Below are positions 61,383-64,000 of a DNA stretch of 64,000 bases, piece after piece. Below the pieces are notes generated by a model. It made no database searches, had not been told where the DNA came from, and saw nothing but the letters and a program-made list of their open reading frames with translations. Within the stretch, counting starts at the first letter, position 1. Each line of letters starts with the position of its first letter. The stretch spans positions 2,170,001 to 2,234,000 of the forward strand of contig OX337233.1 of assembly GCA_946965045.2 (NCBI GenBank), written 5' to 3'. Origin of the DNA: Epithemia pelagica. Its lineage: Eukaryota > Protista > Bacillariophyta. The translations under genes and the position numbers were made by a program.

Positions 61383-62344
61383 TTTTATCTTTATATTTGT
61401 TATCATCATCTGTTGTCTGTTGTCTAAGGTACAATAGAGATTAGTAGCAAGAGTAGGTAGGTACCTAGACCTAGGTACTCGGTACTCATGTCTCTATCTT
61501 CCAATAAATTAATTCGTCTTTCGGTCAATAATCTCCTTTCGCCTTGTTTATTATTCGAGTTCAGAATTAGACGCTAGAGACTAGAGACGCCAAAGCAGTA
61601 CCTTTCGCAAATGGGCGATGGACACATAGCACATTATATATTATATTATGTGCACCCCTAGCTAGTAGGGGAGGTGTTTCTGAGCTCCTTCTATCCACAA
61701 TCCACATCCGCTCGCCTACCTAGCAACAAAGTCTTGAGAGAAGGAAGGAGGAGGAGTGAACAGGTAAGAAGAAAAGATTAGAATTCTTGAGGACCCACTC
61801 TAATTCAAGCCAGCTTGGACTTCGATAGCACTGTCTGTCCGTGCGAGTATTCTCAGCTCTCAGCTTGCTAAGTCGTACTATAAGCATTCTGGAGAATGCG
61901 ACTTAGGCGGGACTCACCCACAAGCTGTCGAAGTCGCTTTTGAGTCACCGACTGAAATTCAGCCACGTCACGCCACGAGGCTTTTTCTTTTCTGAAGCGC
62001 GGACTGGCAACAATGCGGACAACAAGCAACGAATCCGGAGTCCAGAGCCCACTGTGGATGAGGACAACAGAATTGACGGCGATCACACTGGCTCTTAAAA
62101 GAGTCTCTTTCCTGCAATCGATACGAGAATAAGTTGCTGGAAGCACGGCAACGAGTCCGGATTCTACGTTTTTGTTCGGTCCGTGCTGAAAAGAATCAAG
62201 GCGATTCTCGTACCCAAATAGCAACGACTGAATTCCACCCAAGCGAATACTAGAGCTCATCGACGCCGACGAACAGAGAGAGACAAAAAAGTGACAAACA
62301 AAATTACTCGCCGTCGTGGAAAGAGAACTGTCACAACTGCAGCC

Positions 62345-63655
62345 ATGAGCAGTATTTTGGGTAGCATGAAAAAGACGGCTCGGACCGCCCGTCTGAAAAC
62401 AGAGCTCATGTTGGTGGATCGGGAAATTCGAATTCGACAAGAAGCATTTGGCGTGCAATTGTTTGACTATCTGGAACCTTTGGCGCAAAATCCTAATTTC
62501 TTTTCGGCTGATGATCGTTTGACACAAGTGCTTCGACCACCTTTGCTGGAAGCGCAACGGGAAATTGCAGTTGTTTACAACAAGAAAACTCAATTGAAGG
62601 AACGAATGAAACAAGCGGAAGCAAAACGCGCTGCGGCCTTTCCCAAAAAGGCAGAAAATTGGCAAGAAAAATTAACAAATGTTGCCAAGTCTACCTCGTT
62701 AGCAGGCGGAGAAGCCAAACTCAAGGCGGAAGATATGGTATTGGACAATACACTGAAATCGCATAAACAAGTGTTTGGAACGAAACTGTATCCTGTGTTA
62801 GAAGACTTGGAAGATCGTGAGTCATGGTTGCCCACTGATCGAGAAGTTCGAACGATCTATGACAATTGTCGCAGAGATATTGAAAACTCACGCAAAAAGG
62901 CCAAGGCCAAATACGATGAATTGGAGACTCTAGGAGTATCACGCAAGGAAATACAACAAGAGCGCGATGCCTTGAACAGTCAAGAACAACAGCAGGACGG
63001 AGGTTTGTACGGGGCTCCCTCCTCGACCAATATGACACCTGTACATGCACCGCCTGCCCCACCTGTACCTACCATGCCACGACAGGAGCCTCAACACGAC
63101 CCATTTGCAATGACGCCCACATCAGCTCTGCCTGTCGCTCAGCCCGTCAACAATCCTGGCTTTCCGTCGGCTGAAACCCCGGTTTTGGCATACGCAACCA
63201 CAACACCCGTGCCACCACCTCCGCCTCCACCACCACCCCAACATGAGCTTCAACATCAACAACCGACACTTGACTTTGGAAATGCCGGTGTAGGCCCCAT
63301 TGGTGGAACTCCTATGGGTGGAGCAGGAGCTTCCATGGGAGGAATGTCGTTTGGTAGTAACCCTGGAAATAGTGGCACTGGAATGATGGGTGGATCCATT
63401 GGTGCTATGGGAGGATCAGCTTTTGGTGGTGAAGACGACAATGGTTTCATGATGGGTGGTTCGGCTGGTATGGGAACTTTGGGCCACAACTCCAATTTCG
63501 GAGGACAACAGCCACAAGGCGCGGATCCATGGGCTGGAAACGATCCGTTTGCATCATTTGCGTCTGCACCTGCTCCTGGTGGAGGGCCCCAACCTCCTCA
63601 GCAGCATCAGCAACAACAACAACAGCACAAGGACAGCAACTTGTTTCTGTATTGA
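62345..63655 (+). CDS. Coiled-coil protein with internally duplicated N-terminal domain and Pro/Gly-rich tail carrying DPF/DPW motifs
   Basis: ATG 62345. Repeated unit RLKTELMLVDREIRIRQEAFGVQLFDYL / KLKAEDMVLDNTLKSHKQVFGTKLYPVL; HDPFAM, GADPWAGNDPFASF. Confidence 0.75.
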   Translation: MSSILGSMKKTARTARLKTELMLVDREIRIRQEAFGVQLFDYLEPLAQNPNFFSADDRLTQVLRPPLLEAQREIAVVYNKKTQLKERMKQAEAKRAAAFPKKAENWQEKLTNVAKSTSLAGGEAKLKAEDMVLDNTLKSHKQVFGTKLYPVLEDLEDRESWLPTDREVRTIYDNCRRDIENSRKKAKAKYDELETLGVSRKEIQQERDALNSQEQQQDGGLYGAPSSTNMTPVHAPPAPPVPTMPRQEPQHDPFAMTPTSALPVAQPVNNPGFPSAETPVLAYATTTPVPPPPPPPPPQHELQHQQPTLDFGNAGVGPIGGTPMGGAGASMGGMSFGSNPGNSGTGMMGGSIGAMGGSAFGGEDDNGFMMGGSAGMGTLGHNSNFGGQQPQGADPWAGNDPFASFASAPAPGGGPQPPQQHQQQQQQHKDSNLFLY

Positions 63656-64000
63656 TCTATCCAAAGAGGACAACGAGAAGGCGGTTCCACATATGCGTGC
63701 TTTTGACCTTCCTATCAAAAGCATGTTCGGTTGTTTGCTCTGAGGCAACCGCCCCACAGTAGCCATCGCAAGTCGCAACCTCTCGGAAGAATTCTAGCTA
63801 GGGCATACACCCTGTAGAATTCGCCGTTTTGTCTACAAACGCGCCATGCTTATACCGTAGAAAAACTGATTCCGTCCAAATTTTCCTGAAGCGCAACAGT
63901 CATTGTGATTAAGAGAACAAGGGTGTCTATAGTGTACCTGTGGTTATTGGCGTATGTCTGGCAAATTGAGTGGTAGTGCTACAAGCCGGCCAATTCGGCT

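Noticed and set aside
1-64000. CRISPR arrays, tRNA or rRNA genes
   Set aside because: No regularly spaced repeat-spacer array, tRNA cloverleaf/T-loop consensus or rRNA-like sequence was seen.

Overview
Eukaryotic nuclear DNA, almost certainly from a diatom: short GT-AG introns, ASAFAP-type bipartite plastid presequences and two Lhcr-type antenna genes. Positions 1-51 kb form a compact gene-dense block of about 22 genes: SDE2-SPRY fusion (partial), L10K-like, USP with DUSP domain, signal-peptide OTU protease, DUF3128-like, two tandem EGF-repeat membrane proteins, a Cys-rich lumen protein, a DLDGD RNA-dependent RNA polymerase, PRP4, a pentapeptide lumen protein, a hemerythrin-like protein, cyclin H, importin-alpha-like, LSm4, a head-to-head Lhcr pair, a DCAF8/WDTC1-like WD40-TPR protein, a SAP30-SGF29 fusion, a TOM1/THH1-like protein and an HSF. 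Positions 51.5-61.4 kb are an island of five adjacent terminal-inverted-repeat (TIR) elements. The main find is a 6.3-kb element (52959-59255) with bipartite imperfect TIRs and an apparent AT target duplication. It encodes an intact 1179-aa transposase whose D-D-E and Zn-ligand motifs align by eye with the RAG1/Transib core, tail-to-tail with an intact 594-aa orphan ORF that shows no RAG2-like kelch repeats. All family assignments are by motif recognition only; no database searches were run.
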